Source of the DNA: Amoebidium appalachense
Taxonomy: Eukaryota > Protista > Ichthyosporea
Length of the DNA: 64,000 nt
Assembly: GCA_963693365.1 (NCBI GenBank)
Contig: CAVNZM010000003.1
Location: forward strand, 13,483,252 to 13,547,251
Direction: 5' to 3'
Part shown: piece by piece, positions 21,392 through 34,140 of the stretch
How positions within the stretch are numbered: the stretch's first letter is position 1
Layout: each line of letters opens with the position of its first letter
The notes under the pieces: generated by a model
The model's input: the letters and a program-made list of their open reading frames with translations, nothing else
What the model was told of the DNA's origin: nothing
Database searches by the model: none
Translations under genes and position numbers: made by a program

Positions 21392-23127
21392 TAGACCACG
21401 ATAGAAATTGGCGGTCGCTCATACTCAAACGGTCCTTTAGGGCCAAAAGTGATTTGATATAGCGCAATCTATCACGTGACCGCCCAGTGCCGTTTGCACT
21501 TGTATCGTCCGCGACGTCAACCTCCAACTGTGTGCAGAGGTCTTCCAGCGCGCGCAAATCCCGCTGTATAGACGCAGTTGCATCGTTGCGCATGCTTTCC
21601 TTAAGGCGCCGTTGCATAACTTCCTCCCGTCGTTCCTGTGTTGGATCGTTCGGGAAGAAAACCACCCGTGTCCCCTGTATTTCGATCGCAAATTCCACTA
21701 ATCGAATGTCGACGTGAAACAGTGACGACACGATGTATTCAAGTGATTCCCTAATAAGTTTTTTATAGCGACGCTTTGACTGTTTACTCATTTCGTTATA
21801 ATTTGTAACTGTGCCGGAAAAAAAAGTGTCTGTGAGTGCCGGTATTAATACGTTTCTTTTCCCGCACACCCACCGCGGTAAAAAACCCCTATTGTTCTTT
21901 CGGGGTAGTGGAACTACACGGGTTTTGTCAGTTTGAGTGGAAAGTTCTTTAGTTTTGGTTGTTGAAGTTGGTGTTCCCGGGCGTGATTTTGTGTTAGAAC
22001 TACTAGCGCATGCCTCGAGGTCACACATGTGTGTATGCAAAGTTGCAAAAAGTTTTTCTATTTCACTACCAGGTTGAAAATTCAGTGTTTTGGCTAATGG
22101 AACAAGGGCAGGGTGAAGGGATGGAAGAGGGGGTGGCCTAGGTTTAATGTTAGTTACACCCGGCGCCTTAAACTGTGTGGGGGGGACCGACCCGGGTTGG
22201 GGCTGATTGCCTGCCATGTGTGGTGCCTGTGGTGGTTTGTTCGGCTTTGTAGCTGTATCGTGCAAGTGGGGATCCAATGGGGGTTGTTGGTTCGAACTTG
22301 GCCGACTTAAGGGGGTGCTTCTGCTCGCGGGGGGGTTGAGAGGGTGACCCTGCGGAGGGTTTTCCGGTTCACCCGTCCGTTGTTTCTTCCTCGCGTGCAT
22401 GCCGGTATTGTCCGGTGTGCTTGTTCGTTTTGGAGTCGGAGGGCCATCAACATCGACGGTTGTGTGATTACGGCCCTCGTCAACCTCGGCCATATCAATA
22501 ACAACATGGTCAGCGGCAGGGTGGGGCGACGGTGGTGCGTCATCAGCCCTAGGGGGATGCGACGGTGGTGCGTTGCTTGGGGGCGGGGCATTTGTAGGTG
22601 GTCGTGCAGTATCATTGTTCGGGTTGTTTACACAATCGGGTAACGTGCCACATATCCGGTGTAGTGAAGAACCCCGGCACACCACACACTTCCGTTCTCT
22701 CCTATTTTGGTGCATGTGTGTTAGTCATAGTGTTTTCACTGTGTTCACCCTCACTCCCCTCCCTCCCCCTTCTCACCCCCTCCCCCCCCCCCCCCCCCCT
22801 TCCCCACCTCTCCCCCCCCCCCCCCTCTCTCACCCCCCTCTTTTCTCTCGTCCCCCCCCCCCCTCTCTCTCCCCCCTCCCTTACCGGGCTCTCTTACTAA
22901 GTCGATCACTACCCCCCCCCCCCCCCCCCCTTTCTTTGGGGGAAAGACAAAATAAACGTTCAAAATTATTGAAGAAGGAGTGTAAAAAATGCTCAAAACG
23001 GGAAGAAGAACTGAAGTGCAAAGAATTGTGTATCATACGTGCAAATGCATGAAACTTCGGCAGGAAGACACCCATTGCCTCCCGCTTCTCCCTCCCTCCC
23101 TCCCCCCCCCCCCCCCCCCCCCCCCCT

Positions 23128-23164
<37 letters not shown>

Positions 23165-24911
23165 ACCACCACCACCACCACCGCCACCACCACAACAAGC
23201 ACTGCTATGTGCGACAGGCCACACAGAGACATATGCATTCACCGTGCAAGTGCTAAAAATTACTACTGAGAAAGAAAAGAAAACAAAAACGAGTTATGTG
23301 TATTTACTTACAGCTTGTGGGGGGGACGCTTGCACACACCGGGTCCGCCACTGCACCAGCTACGTTAAACTTTGGCTAATTTGCAGTTATCACACCGTGC
23401 ATCTCCTGGAACTTCGGGCGTTCCTGGCAGAGTCATTACGACCACCCCAATCAAAACAATGAACAGGTAAGTTGCAGCTGCACTGATAACTGCTGCCGAA
23501 AGCAACGTGCCCGTGTGATGAGAGTCAGGCCACGAAGAAGATGCATGGTTTTCATGTATGGCCCGCCTGTTTCTCGAAACTATTGCAACGAGTTCATTCC
23601 CTGTACCGCAAAAACCGCTTACAGTAAAAGAAATAATAGCAGCAGTGAATCGAAAAGTGTTGTAAAAAATGATGTGTGCAGTAGAGAAAATGAGCATGCT
23701 CGCCACCTCTGCCATTGAGTGAAGCTGGTCACGGTGGTAAACACGGCCAAAGCGGGACAGCTTTCGCAATAACTCACGGCTGTCGTGTTACGCCCTCGCG
23801 TGTATACGAACTACTCTAACTAACTGCACGCCTAAAGGGGCTTGAAACTGTGTATACGTATAAACTTTTCTTTGAGTTGGGTGGGAAGCGAGCAAAACGT
23901 GTTCTCAGAAGAACTTCGAAAAGCCCGCGACCCCGCGAGACACTTCACAGACACGCGGCCCACTGGCCAGACAAATACCACAGTGACATTCAGCCAATCA
24001 CAACATGTCGTATCCTAACGTGTATGTATTAAGAGACGCGGCACTCTACTAAGTGTACACACACGGAAAGGAACGAACGTGTACTGAAAAACGGTAAAGT
24101 TTATTAAGACCAGGCTCCGACGGGCAAACTTAGGTCCGAACGGAATGAGGCTAAGTCACAACCGAGGCCATCAAGGCCGTGCCCTACAAGATCATCATCA
24201 CCTGGCCCCCCTACGATGCCACATTCCATACATTCCGATCTAACTCTATCGTGCGCCTGCACGAGCTAAGTCGATCGGCTGACACTAATATATTTATCCA
24301 AGTCTTACCCCTCTCCCTTCCCCTTGTGGCACCGCAGAGTCTAATTCTACATTTCATACTATCTCCCCCCCCCCCTCCCCCCCCCCTTTTTCCTCTACAT
24401 CGAAATATATATAAATACGTTTGGCAGCATATACTATCAAAACTTGCCAATATTTACAAAGGGCTTCTGCCCGAACTTATCACATTCCAAAGTCCTCCTA
24501 TGATCTATCCTACACACTAATTAGAATTCTATTGGTTGGCTGCTCCAGCTGACGTGGTCCTGCCCTGCGCCGGCAGAGGCAAGATGCACGCAGCTGTACA
24601 GCTATCTTGAGCCTCGCCCCAGCATCAGACTTGATCTTGATGATCTGTGGACCCGCCCCCCCCCCCCCCCCCCCCCGATCTCGATCGTAGACTTAGGCTG
24701 CTCTGCTGAGACGGATTAGTATATGTCAACTCCCTCCCCGGCCCCCGGAAAAGCTGAGTCCCACCTCAGTCACATTACATCTAACACCCCCTAAAAAGAC
24801 ATAGACTAATCAGTCTCCAAAAAAAAAATTAAATTAAATAAATTACGAAGAAAATAATAAATTAAACTACACCATAAGCTTGATACCTACGGAGACACCT
24901 ATGATAATAAA

Positions 24912-25540
24912 TTAAATTCCTACGACTATGTTCACACTCCTCCTCGGTCTCCTCCCCCCCCCTCCCCCTCCCCCCGTGTGTCTACGTGTATTTGCATCAC
25001 TCCCCCCCCCGGCCCCCTCCCCCACCGACTTTTTCACACCACGATTAAACTGAGGAATAACTCTCTTCGGCCTAGAGGGAGCACTAGGCAACTCCCTCTG
25101 CACTAATCTAGCCTCATAAGCACGAATAGAAAACGGGCAATCCAAATGAAACTCGGGCAACCACTGATCTTCCTGATAACCTCCCTCAAAACGAATTAAA
25201 TAATAATTTACCTTACCTTCCTTACCTTCAATAACCTTTTTATCCATAATTTTATTTACTGCAGCCTCCGATACATCCACCGACCCGTCATAGTCGGGGG
25301 TGAATGCATCTAACACTCGACGGCCCTCCGGCCGTTTAACCCTAAGGGCCCTATCATAATATTTCTTTATATCATCTACATTGTAATATCTAACATCACT
25401 CTCATTATCTATCCTCTGCACCTTATATTCCGTCGGACCTAACCTAGCCACTATTTTATACGGACCAATGAAAAGAGGCAACCATTTCTTACCATACTTA
25501 CGAAGACCTTCACCTTCACCCTTACCTTCCTGCTCCTGCT
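24912..25540 (-). pseudogene. Gypsy integrase C-terminus (GPY/F) and chromodomain
   Basis: FIGPYKIV; VNKIMDKK…YYLIRFEGGYQEDQWLPEFHLDC. Confidence 0.85.
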
Positions 25541-26399
25541 CTTAAACCCTTGGCAAATTTCCTTGAAGCAGAAGTTGCCTCCTTTCTATCTAACTGTTGT
25601 AAACCTGGGCCTGTAACGCTCTCGATATATGGTCTGGTCCCAATAGCTGCTAGAGTATCCTATCTCGCGCTGAAATTCAATAAGCACATAAGCCGCTTAA
25701 AGAAGTATTTGCCCTCCCACCCTCTCTTCTCTATCCGACCTGTCCCCTCCTCACCTCTCCCCTCTTTCCTCCCCTCTCTCTCCCCTTCTCCCCTGGGCAC
25801 AAATACAAATAAACCCCGCAATAGTGTGTGTGTGACTTTGGACTGCCACTTACTTATTAAACATGTACACAATCACAAGATAATCACGCAATATAACAAA
25901 TGGAAAAAGATACCACACGACACTAGACCCGATGAAAGCATACACCTTGAAAAACTAAGCCTTATGTCTCGTTTTATATATATTGACCGCCTCAACCATA
26001 TTGCCAAATATGGCACTCGCAAGTGTATAACACCTAAATACATATTACCTTCCTGTAGAACTGGTCTTTCTCTAGCTGATGGTATTATTGATCAATTACC
26101 ACGCTTTTACTGTACACGTGCTATACAGTGGAGATCTAATAAGTATAAGGTGGCATCATTTGCATGCCCAAACAACACACACACACACCAGTTTAACCGG
26201 TCATGTATCGCCAAATGTAGTTTGATAGACCACATAATACCGCAACACACACACGTCACATTCACAACAGACACCCAGAAAGATAGCCTACCTGTAAATT
26301 ACAACATTCTTGATTTTATACTAAACACGCGTAACTACGACCTGTTTATTAGATGTATTGATTGGCTTGAGAAACACATCACTACAAAATTATAGCGCA

Positions 26400-26464
<65 letters not shown>

Positions 26465-26528
26465 CCAGCTGATACCGAGTGTCCCGAGGGGAGCCCCTTT
26501 AAATAAATAAAAAAAAAAAAAAAAAAAA

Positions 26529-26567
<39 letters not shown>

Positions 26568-26789
26568 AAAAAAAAAAAAAAAAAAAAAAAAACGGGGAAC
26601 CCCAACTAATTGATTTCTCCTTGTAGTCTTTATGGTGTCTCGTAGAGAAAGTAAACCCTGATATATAGTCACCACCCGACATCTATGTACGTGATCATGA
26701 TATACCGCTGAGGGGATATTCCGAGCAAACCCCCCCCCCCCCCTACCTGAGACTGGTTCTCTTTGCCTCGAGTAAACAGCGTAAACCCC
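25541..26789 (+). mobile_element. 5'-truncated LINE copy (ORF2 C-terminus, (CA)n, A-tract, 196-bp tail) inserted in the Gypsy integrase
   Basis: Near-identical to 43393-44701; flanked by duplicated TGCT (up to CCTGCT). Confidence 0.9.
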
Positions 26790-28054
26790 TGCTTATATCT
26801 CTTTTTCCTAGTATGATCCCTAATTAAAACGAAAGTACCCTCGGCAAATTCACGTAACGGACGTGTGGACACGTCTGCACGTGCCTGTGCCTGCTGTGTA
26901 CGGGCCAGAGCTGCATCACGTGCAGCCCGGGCCCGGGTTAGGAGCTGCTCCCGGAACTCAGTCCAGTGGGGATAAGTTAGTCTGTCAGTCCCCCCCATCG
27001 GCAAAAGTGCCGTATCTAACAAACTAATAGCCTCCTGCCCATAGACCAAATAAAACGGAGAAAAACCAGTCACAGCATGAGGGGTAGAAATATACGAATG
27101 AGCAATAAACCTAGACATATGATCCCAATCATTAGCCTCCACATCAACCATTTTGCCAAAGGACTTCTGAAAAACTGCATGCACACGTTCAGAGATGGCA
27201 TTTGCTTGAGGGTGATATGCAGACGTAGTGATATGAGCTACCCTTATAATTTTACAAACCTCCGACACCAACTGATTTAAAAACACACGACTCCTATCCG
27301 TTAACAAAACACGAGGACAACCAAACCTAAGACAAATTTCATCCACAAAAATACGAGCAAACAAAACGGCATTAGCAGTGGGGAGAGGAAAAACTTCAAC
27401 CCAACGGGTGGCCACATCGGTGACGGTAACAAGAACAGTGTTACCCTCAACCGTAGAATTAAAAGGACCAACCACATCCACTGCTACCCGTTCAAACATA
27501 CGAACATTAAAATCCCTAATAAACGACGGACGGGAATGAGAGTGGGGACTCTCATTCCTCTCCTGACAATGCATGCATGACAACACATAATCCCTCACCT
27601 CCCGACTCATACCCGGCCAAAAATACGAACGATTAACACGAAGTAACGTCCTATTTACACCTAAATGACCAGCCATGGGATGCTCATGCACCATATGCAA
27701 AACCTCAGGCACAAGTGCCGTCGGGACCCAAACTCGGTGTCCGTCTGGCCCAGAACAATGATAAACTAAATCCTGCTCTACCTGACACATTTTTGCCAAC
27801 TTAGCTACCTTAATCATCTGCCTTTTATTTTTAAATTTAATCGAATCAACCGGCCCCTTTAAATACTTCTTAACCAGACCAATCAACACATCTTCCTCCT
27901 GAGCTAAGATCAAAGCCGTAGGTGCTAAGGCAGGGGCCGAGCCATGAGACTCGGTCCCGACCTCAGACACTGACAAATACCTCCCCCCCCCCTCCCCTAC
28001 ACTTATAAGCAAGCAACCCCGGAGCCCAAGAAGACACATCAACATACACAGCAT
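26790..28054 (-). pseudogene. Gypsy integrase (HHCC + DDE core)
   Basis: HEHPMAGHLG…YFWPGM…CMHC, VAVDVVGP, LLTDR, YHPQANAISER. Confidence 0.92.
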
Positions 28055-29320
28055 CTATTCCTTTCTGCTCACTCTCCCCCCCCTTCCCCCCCCCTCCCCC
28101 CCCCGTCTCTCACTAGCCCCCCCCTCCTCCTCCTTCTCTTCTTCAAACAAAATATAAGCAGCACGAGAGAGAGCATCACAGTCAACCATTGTTTCACCCT
28201 TGGCATAAAACAGTTTATAGGAGAACTCACCGAGAGCCGCGGCCCACTTCTGCATCCTCTCGTTGACCAGACGAGTGGTGCCGGCCATGGCTAGGCAGGG
28301 CTTGTGGTCTGTGTAGACCTCGAACGTCCTGCCTGCGAGTATATACCTCCATGCCTGTGAGACTGCCCAAGAGATAGCATGGGACTCTCTCTCCGGATTG
28401 CTATATCTACGTTCACTTTTACTAAATGAACGACTAGCATAAGCAATCACTCTATCCTGCCCCTCCTGCACTTGATATAACACTGCCCCCTCAGCAACCT
28501 TACTCGCATCACATCGAACTTTAAACATCCCCCCCCCGGCCGAAAAATCAGGATGAACAAGCATACTCGAAGACTGCAAAGCTAACTTAAGCTTTTCGAA
28601 AGCAGAAACAGCATCAACATTCCAATCTATTCGATTCTTCTTCTCCCCCCCTGTCTGACTAGTTAACGGTAAAGCAAGCATACTATAATCCTTAATATAA
28701 CGACGAAGATAATTAGTTAAACCTAAAAATTGCCTTAGTTGAGTGACAGTCTGAGGACGGGGCCACTCAACTATGGCCCGGATTTTCTCCGGATCAGGGG
28801 AAAGACCATTACTAGACACGATATGACCTAAAAACTTAACCTCCGGCACACCAATCACAGTCTTGCTACCGCTAATACGAAGACCAGACTCACCCAAAGC
28901 GAAAAATACTTTTTCACAATTATTAACTAACTCCTCAAACGACCTACCTTTAATTAAAGCATCATCCAAATAAGGGTGGCATACATCCAAGTGAGGGTGG
29001 AGAATTTTATACATTACCCGGCACAACATAGCTGGAGAGGAGAGCAAACCCATCGGCACCACCTTGTACTGGAACAGCTGGTCACCCAGTGCAAAGGCAG
29101 TCTTCTCCTTACTGCTCTCCTCCAACCTTATCTGCCAAAAAGCTGCTTTTAAATCAAGTTTAGCAAAGTGAGTATAGCCGTGCAGCTGTGAAAGCTGCTC
29201 GTCTATGTTAGGGAGAGGCCATTGGTCGGCCTTAGTGACCCGATTCAGAGCCCTGTAATCGTTCACTAGACGCCAAGACCCGTCGGGCTTCTTAACCAAT
29301 AGCACCGGACTTCTCCACGG
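28055..29320 (-). pseudogene. pol: Gypsy reverse transcriptase/RNase H
   Basis: KKPDGSWRLVNDYRALN, LDLKAAFWQI, YLDD, FLGLTNY, CDAS, YTDHKP, DALSR. Confidence 0.93.
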
Positions 29321-29812
29321 ACTCGTTAAATAAGTTTCTTTATAGAGACAAACATAAATATATATGTGAGTTAATAGTGACTAGATGTATAATTACTTAA
29401 TTTATTTAAGTAAGAGTTTCTAAACTTTAGTTAAGTCAAAAGTTGGAATGCGTATGCTCTGTCGGAATGTGTTTTTCTATCTTCTGATAGAACCGATTGG
29501 TTCTCCCTCTTTAGTTGTGATAAGATGATAAGTCGCAAGTACAAAAGGAACCGAGAGCACAATAAATAATCAGTTGTTGTTTGAATCTTTCAATGTCTCG
29601 TGAACAACTCCGATTGCCCTCTCATTAATGTGTTAGTCGTGTTTTACATGACACCTCTGTGCACTCTGCTCCCTTAGACCCGTACAAAACAACAGGTTAA
29701 AGGCCCATTTTCGCACGCTCTCGCAACACATACTCTCGCTGCAATTGAAAATATTCAAATTTGAATACCGATCTGATTCCTCTCTTGCGCATCATCTGAC
29801 TGATTGATCACC

Positions 29813-32800
29813 ATGTCGGAGAAACCTGCGTATCTCAACCTCACCCCCTGGAAAGGGGATGACACGACGGACAAGAAGTCCGGCAAACGTCTCACCTATT
29901 ATGAGTGGGAACCCGTCATCTTCCGGTACCTACGTACTACCACCGCGGCCAAGTTAGTGCCCGTCATCAAGGCCTCCGAGTGGGTCGACCCTTCCGACGA
30001 GAACGAGTGGCATGGCTATGACACTGAGGAGGCCTACACCGAGGCTTCCAACTTCCTTGAACAGATGTTTACTCAACTCGTCTCCAATGATGAGCTGTAT
30101 AACTCTGGTCAAATCCACGATGATGTGTCACCTGCCCAAGCTTTCCACAACCTCCGTATGACCTATGCGGCTGAACGTGAAGATCGTGCTCGTCAAATCC
30201 TCCTCGACTACCATGAGCTCGAACTCAAGGACTTCAAGACCGTCACGGCCTACCTCACCATGGCACGCCGTCTGTGCACTACCCTGCACATCCTCGAAAA
30301 GCCCATTCCCCAAAAGACCATGGTTGATAACTTCTTCATCCACCTCAAGAAGAACCGTAAGTTAGTTTGTTCCGACATCCAGGCCATGATTGCCGACTAC
30401 TTCCGTCGTACCATCAACTACGAGACCTACAACCGTCTAATCAGTGACATCCGAGCTGCAGAGATCCGTGAAGGTCTCATCGACTCTGGGTCCGGGTCCT
30501 CCTCCTCCGTCCGAACAGCATGTGCCCTGCAAAGCCGTGTCCTCACCAAGGACGACCTCAGACACCGGATTCCCCGACGTGACAGCTCCGTCTCCCGTCA
30601 CCCCCGTGGTCGTCCCATCGATCGATCCCCCTCAGTTGACCGTGATTACTCCCGGTCCCGTTCCCCCGGCCATCGTTCCCGGTCACCCTACCCCCCACGT
30701 AAAGGGGGTAACCGTCCTTCCCAGCCACCCAGAGCCAAGACCACTGGCTCCATCGACTGTGCCTACTGTCACGAAGACCATCATGTCACACAGTGTGACA
30801 AACCTGGCTGCTCAATAGCCCGTCGTCACCGTGCCAGCACCAAGTCTGGTAAAGAGGTGCATTTTGCCCTCGTGTCCACCACGGCCTCCCTACCCATGGA
30901 CCCCTGCTGGGACTCGGCTTCAAACGTCCACGTGTGCCCAGTAAAGGAGTACTTCTCTACTCTTGAGCCGTGCCCCCCGACTGACGTCCACGGCCTCGGC
31001 ATAGTCACTGCACATCACCGTGGTGTCATCAACCTGGCCGTCACCTACAACGGAGTAACATCAGTACTGAGCCTAAACACCCTCTACGTACCCGACTCCC
31101 CAGCCTTCCTGATTTCACCCTCAATGGCCTCCAAGTCAGGTCTCCTAGCCCACCTCGATGATGAGGATGCATTCCCATCCTACCTCTACACTCGTGGTGG
31201 CAACATCGTGTGTTCCCTCACAGGCACAGATGGACTGTACTTCATCACCGACTATGAGATACGTCCCTCCATCCCTCGGTCCGTCACTGCTCTGGTAGCC
31301 AACGTCAAGGTCAACAATGATCCCCAGCTCTGGCACCACCGTCTCGGCCATCGTGCCCTGTCCACCCTCACCAAGATGGTGAGAGGTGACCTCGTGACAG
31401 GCCTCCCCTCATCCCTCTCAGTGGCTGACACCACTGACTGCTTCGGTTGTGTCTCCGGCAAGACCACCAAGGCCCCATTCTCCGGCACCAGAACCCAGTG
31501 CCCCTTCCCCGGTGCCAAGTGGCACATGGACTTCTTCGAGCCTCCCTGTGCTTCCTATGGTGGCTACAAGGTGGCCCTCGTGTGTACCTGTGATGCCTCC
31601 GGCTACACCATCGTGTACCTCCTCCGTGATCGATCCGAAACTCTCGAATACGTCAAGGCCCTGGTTGAGACTATTGACAAGCAACCCGACAAGGTGGTGA
31701 CCCACTTCCGTTCCGACTCTGGGTCCGAGTTCACCTCCCATGCTATGGAGCAGTACTGCCAGTCCAAGGGCCTCATTCAGGAATTTGCCCCGGTTGACTG
31801 CCCCCAACTCAACGGCTTCGTTGAACGTAAGATGAGGGATCTGCAGGAGATCGTTCGGTGCTTCCTTCACCAGGACAAGGCCGACTCCCTTTCCCCCAAG
31901 CTGTGGGGAGCTGCTCTCAAGCATGCTGCCTACATCATCAACGTAACCCCGGCCAGAGCTGCCAATGGCCGTACACCGTTTGAAATTTTCTACGGTGTCA
32001 AGCCTGACATCTCCCACTTGCACGTGTTCGGCTGCCCAGCCTATGTACACATCCCTGCATCAAAACGAGACAAGTTGGCCTCTACCGTCAAACTCGGCAC
32101 CTACGTGGGCTGGGACATCACCAACAAAGCTCACAAGATCATGAATCTACGTGGCAACATGGTCCACATCTACCGCGATGTCGTCTTCGACGAATCACAA
32201 TTCACCACGGCATCCAATCAGATTTCTGTGCAGGCCACCAATCAGACGACCTCAATCGCTCCATCCCTGCATTCCGTAGATTCCAATTCCGATGACGATG
32301 AAATCCCATCGGTGATTCTCCGTCGTTCCCCCCGTCGTGTGCCTGCCCCCGTGGCTCCACCCACCCCCCCCCCACCGGCCAGCAACCCCTGCTGCCGGCC
32401 CCTGCCGTCAATGACCACGTCCCTGGTCATCTCACCCCGGTTCGTCCTGGGTCTCCGGAGTTCCACTCGGCCCCGTCCAGCCCCGTGTTATCCGACTCCC
32501 CCCTCAACTCGGCACCCATCCTTGGCTTCCAGGCCCCCATACCCGACCACCGAGTGTCTGTCCCAGCCACCCCTCCGGCCCCTGAGCCCCTCCGTACCGT
32601 CCCCCGTCGTTCCTCCCGTCTCTCCTCCCGGCCTGCCACGGCTATGGTGAGCATCTCCCGCCCCAGCCTTGATGTGTCTCAGCTGCCCCGGTCAATTCAG
32701 AAGCTGTGCTCCGGCACCAAGGGTGATGAAGTGGTGACTGCCCTCACTGCCGAGTACAGGGCTTTCATCGACAAGGACATCTTCGACGTAGTTGAGCCCC

Positions 32801-33002
32801 CCTCCGATGCCAACATCATCCGATTCAAGTGGATTGTCACGGAGAAGTTACTCAACTCTGCTGGTGACACCAAGATCAAGGGTTGTGGTGTGGCCAAGGG
32901 TTTCACCCAAGTCTACGGTGTTGACTACGGTGACAACTCTTCCCCCGTCGTCATGTCTTCCTCCGTCCGTGCCCTGCTTGCCCTCGGTGTGCAACAGGAC
33001 CA
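29813..33002 (+). pseudogene. gag-pol: Copia-2 gag-PR-INT and start of RT (frameshift ~32380)
   Basis: CAYCHEDHHVTQC, WDSASNVH, WHHRLGH…CFGC, RSDSGSEF, NGFVERK, KGCGVAKGFTQVYGVDY. Confidence 0.92.
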
Positions 33003-34140
33003 CATCAGCAAACTTCCCGGAAGTATTGCCAACGTATTTTTGCTATTGGCGCTATTGGCGATATTGGCAATAGAACCCCTTGCCGCCAATAGGAACGCCA
33101 TATTGCAATAATATTGCTTTGGTATTGTCAATGGTAATACAGTACCAATACCCTCTATTGTCGATATCCCGCTGATATGAATATATTATCCAGTATATGT
33201 TACATCAATATCGCCAATACATTAGAGTGCCATTACATTGCCATTGCATTACTATTGCGCTAGCATTATAGACGTATTGCCAATATCAATTATACCCGGG
33301 CGATATTACAATAACAACCAAATAATATCAAAAATAAGATAAGAAATTCCTCAATTTATTCAATTATTCATGAATACAAAATTTAAATATCAGAAACATA
33401 TAAACAATGTATTGCCAACATATGATCCAACTATAATCAATATATAAATGCGGTATCGCCGATAGGTTGCTTATATATCGTGAGTATATTGATGACATCT
33501 ATGAAAACTACTCCGGGACGTGTGTTGCCTCTAGGGGGACATCCCCTTGGACGAGGGGCCCCCAGTCATCAATTTATTGATCCGTGAGGTCCTTGTGCCC
33601 AAAAAACGGGGGAAGTCTTCGCCCCGTGAAAAAACAGCACGTATGTGGGGATCAATGGGGGTTGAGTGTAGGGTGTAGGTGGGTGGGTGAAAAGAAAATA
33701 TAGCTGTAAAGCTGTAGGTGCTAAACACAGAAGATGTGTTGTTGCCTGCTGATCTGCTAAAAACTGTCGTGCTTATATACCTACGGCTACCGAACTGAGC
33801 CAATCAAAACCGATCTAGTGTTATGTGAAATCTTATCCTGAGCCAATCAGACTCGGTCTAGTGATCTGTGGAATCTGATGTTTTGATCGGCTAATAGGTG
33901 CCCGTATGCGGGCAGCCGAACGCGAACTGCTAAAACATGAAACAAAGCCTGTTGATATCGGACACCCATCCTACGTGTTTACCCAGAAAAATATTTATGT
34001 CAATAATTTCCACAAATAAAACCTCTATGAAAACTACTCCGGGACGTGTGTTGCCTCTAGGGGGACATCCCCTTGGACGAAAGTGAACCTGCAATGGTTG
34101 TAAACCACGGCACGAGAGCAGCATGCTTGCTCCAAAGGTT

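Larger units (their letters stand above)
18488..22715 (-). pseudogene. RAG1/Transib-like (CMC supergroup) DDE transposase; pieces 22715-21392, 20821-20567 and 19796-18488 (+3267-3203); frameshift near 19500
   Basis: Motifs in order: IAG-D-GSR, LCS-D-WKF, FCLVC, DPLHLRLR, TLNGNDRR, ITPYIHALKH, SCQSL-E-RKN. The frame is restored exactly on removing the solo Ngaro and a GT-AG intron. Confidence 0.85.
14302..25020. repeat. Long inverted duplication: arms 14302-~18490 and ~20819-25020 with a 2.3-kb spacer
   Basis: Mirror ORFs in the track (450 aa, 134 aa and others); arms are near-identical apart from homopolymer lengths and a few substitutions. Confidence 0.97.
24006..29325 (-). mobile_element. 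5'-truncated chromodomain Ty3/gypsy element (RT-RH-INT-chromo, PPT, 3' LTR)
   Basis: pol domains in gypsy order; purine tracts at ~25000-25025 and ~24730-24745; LTR 24006-24729. Confidence 0.9.
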
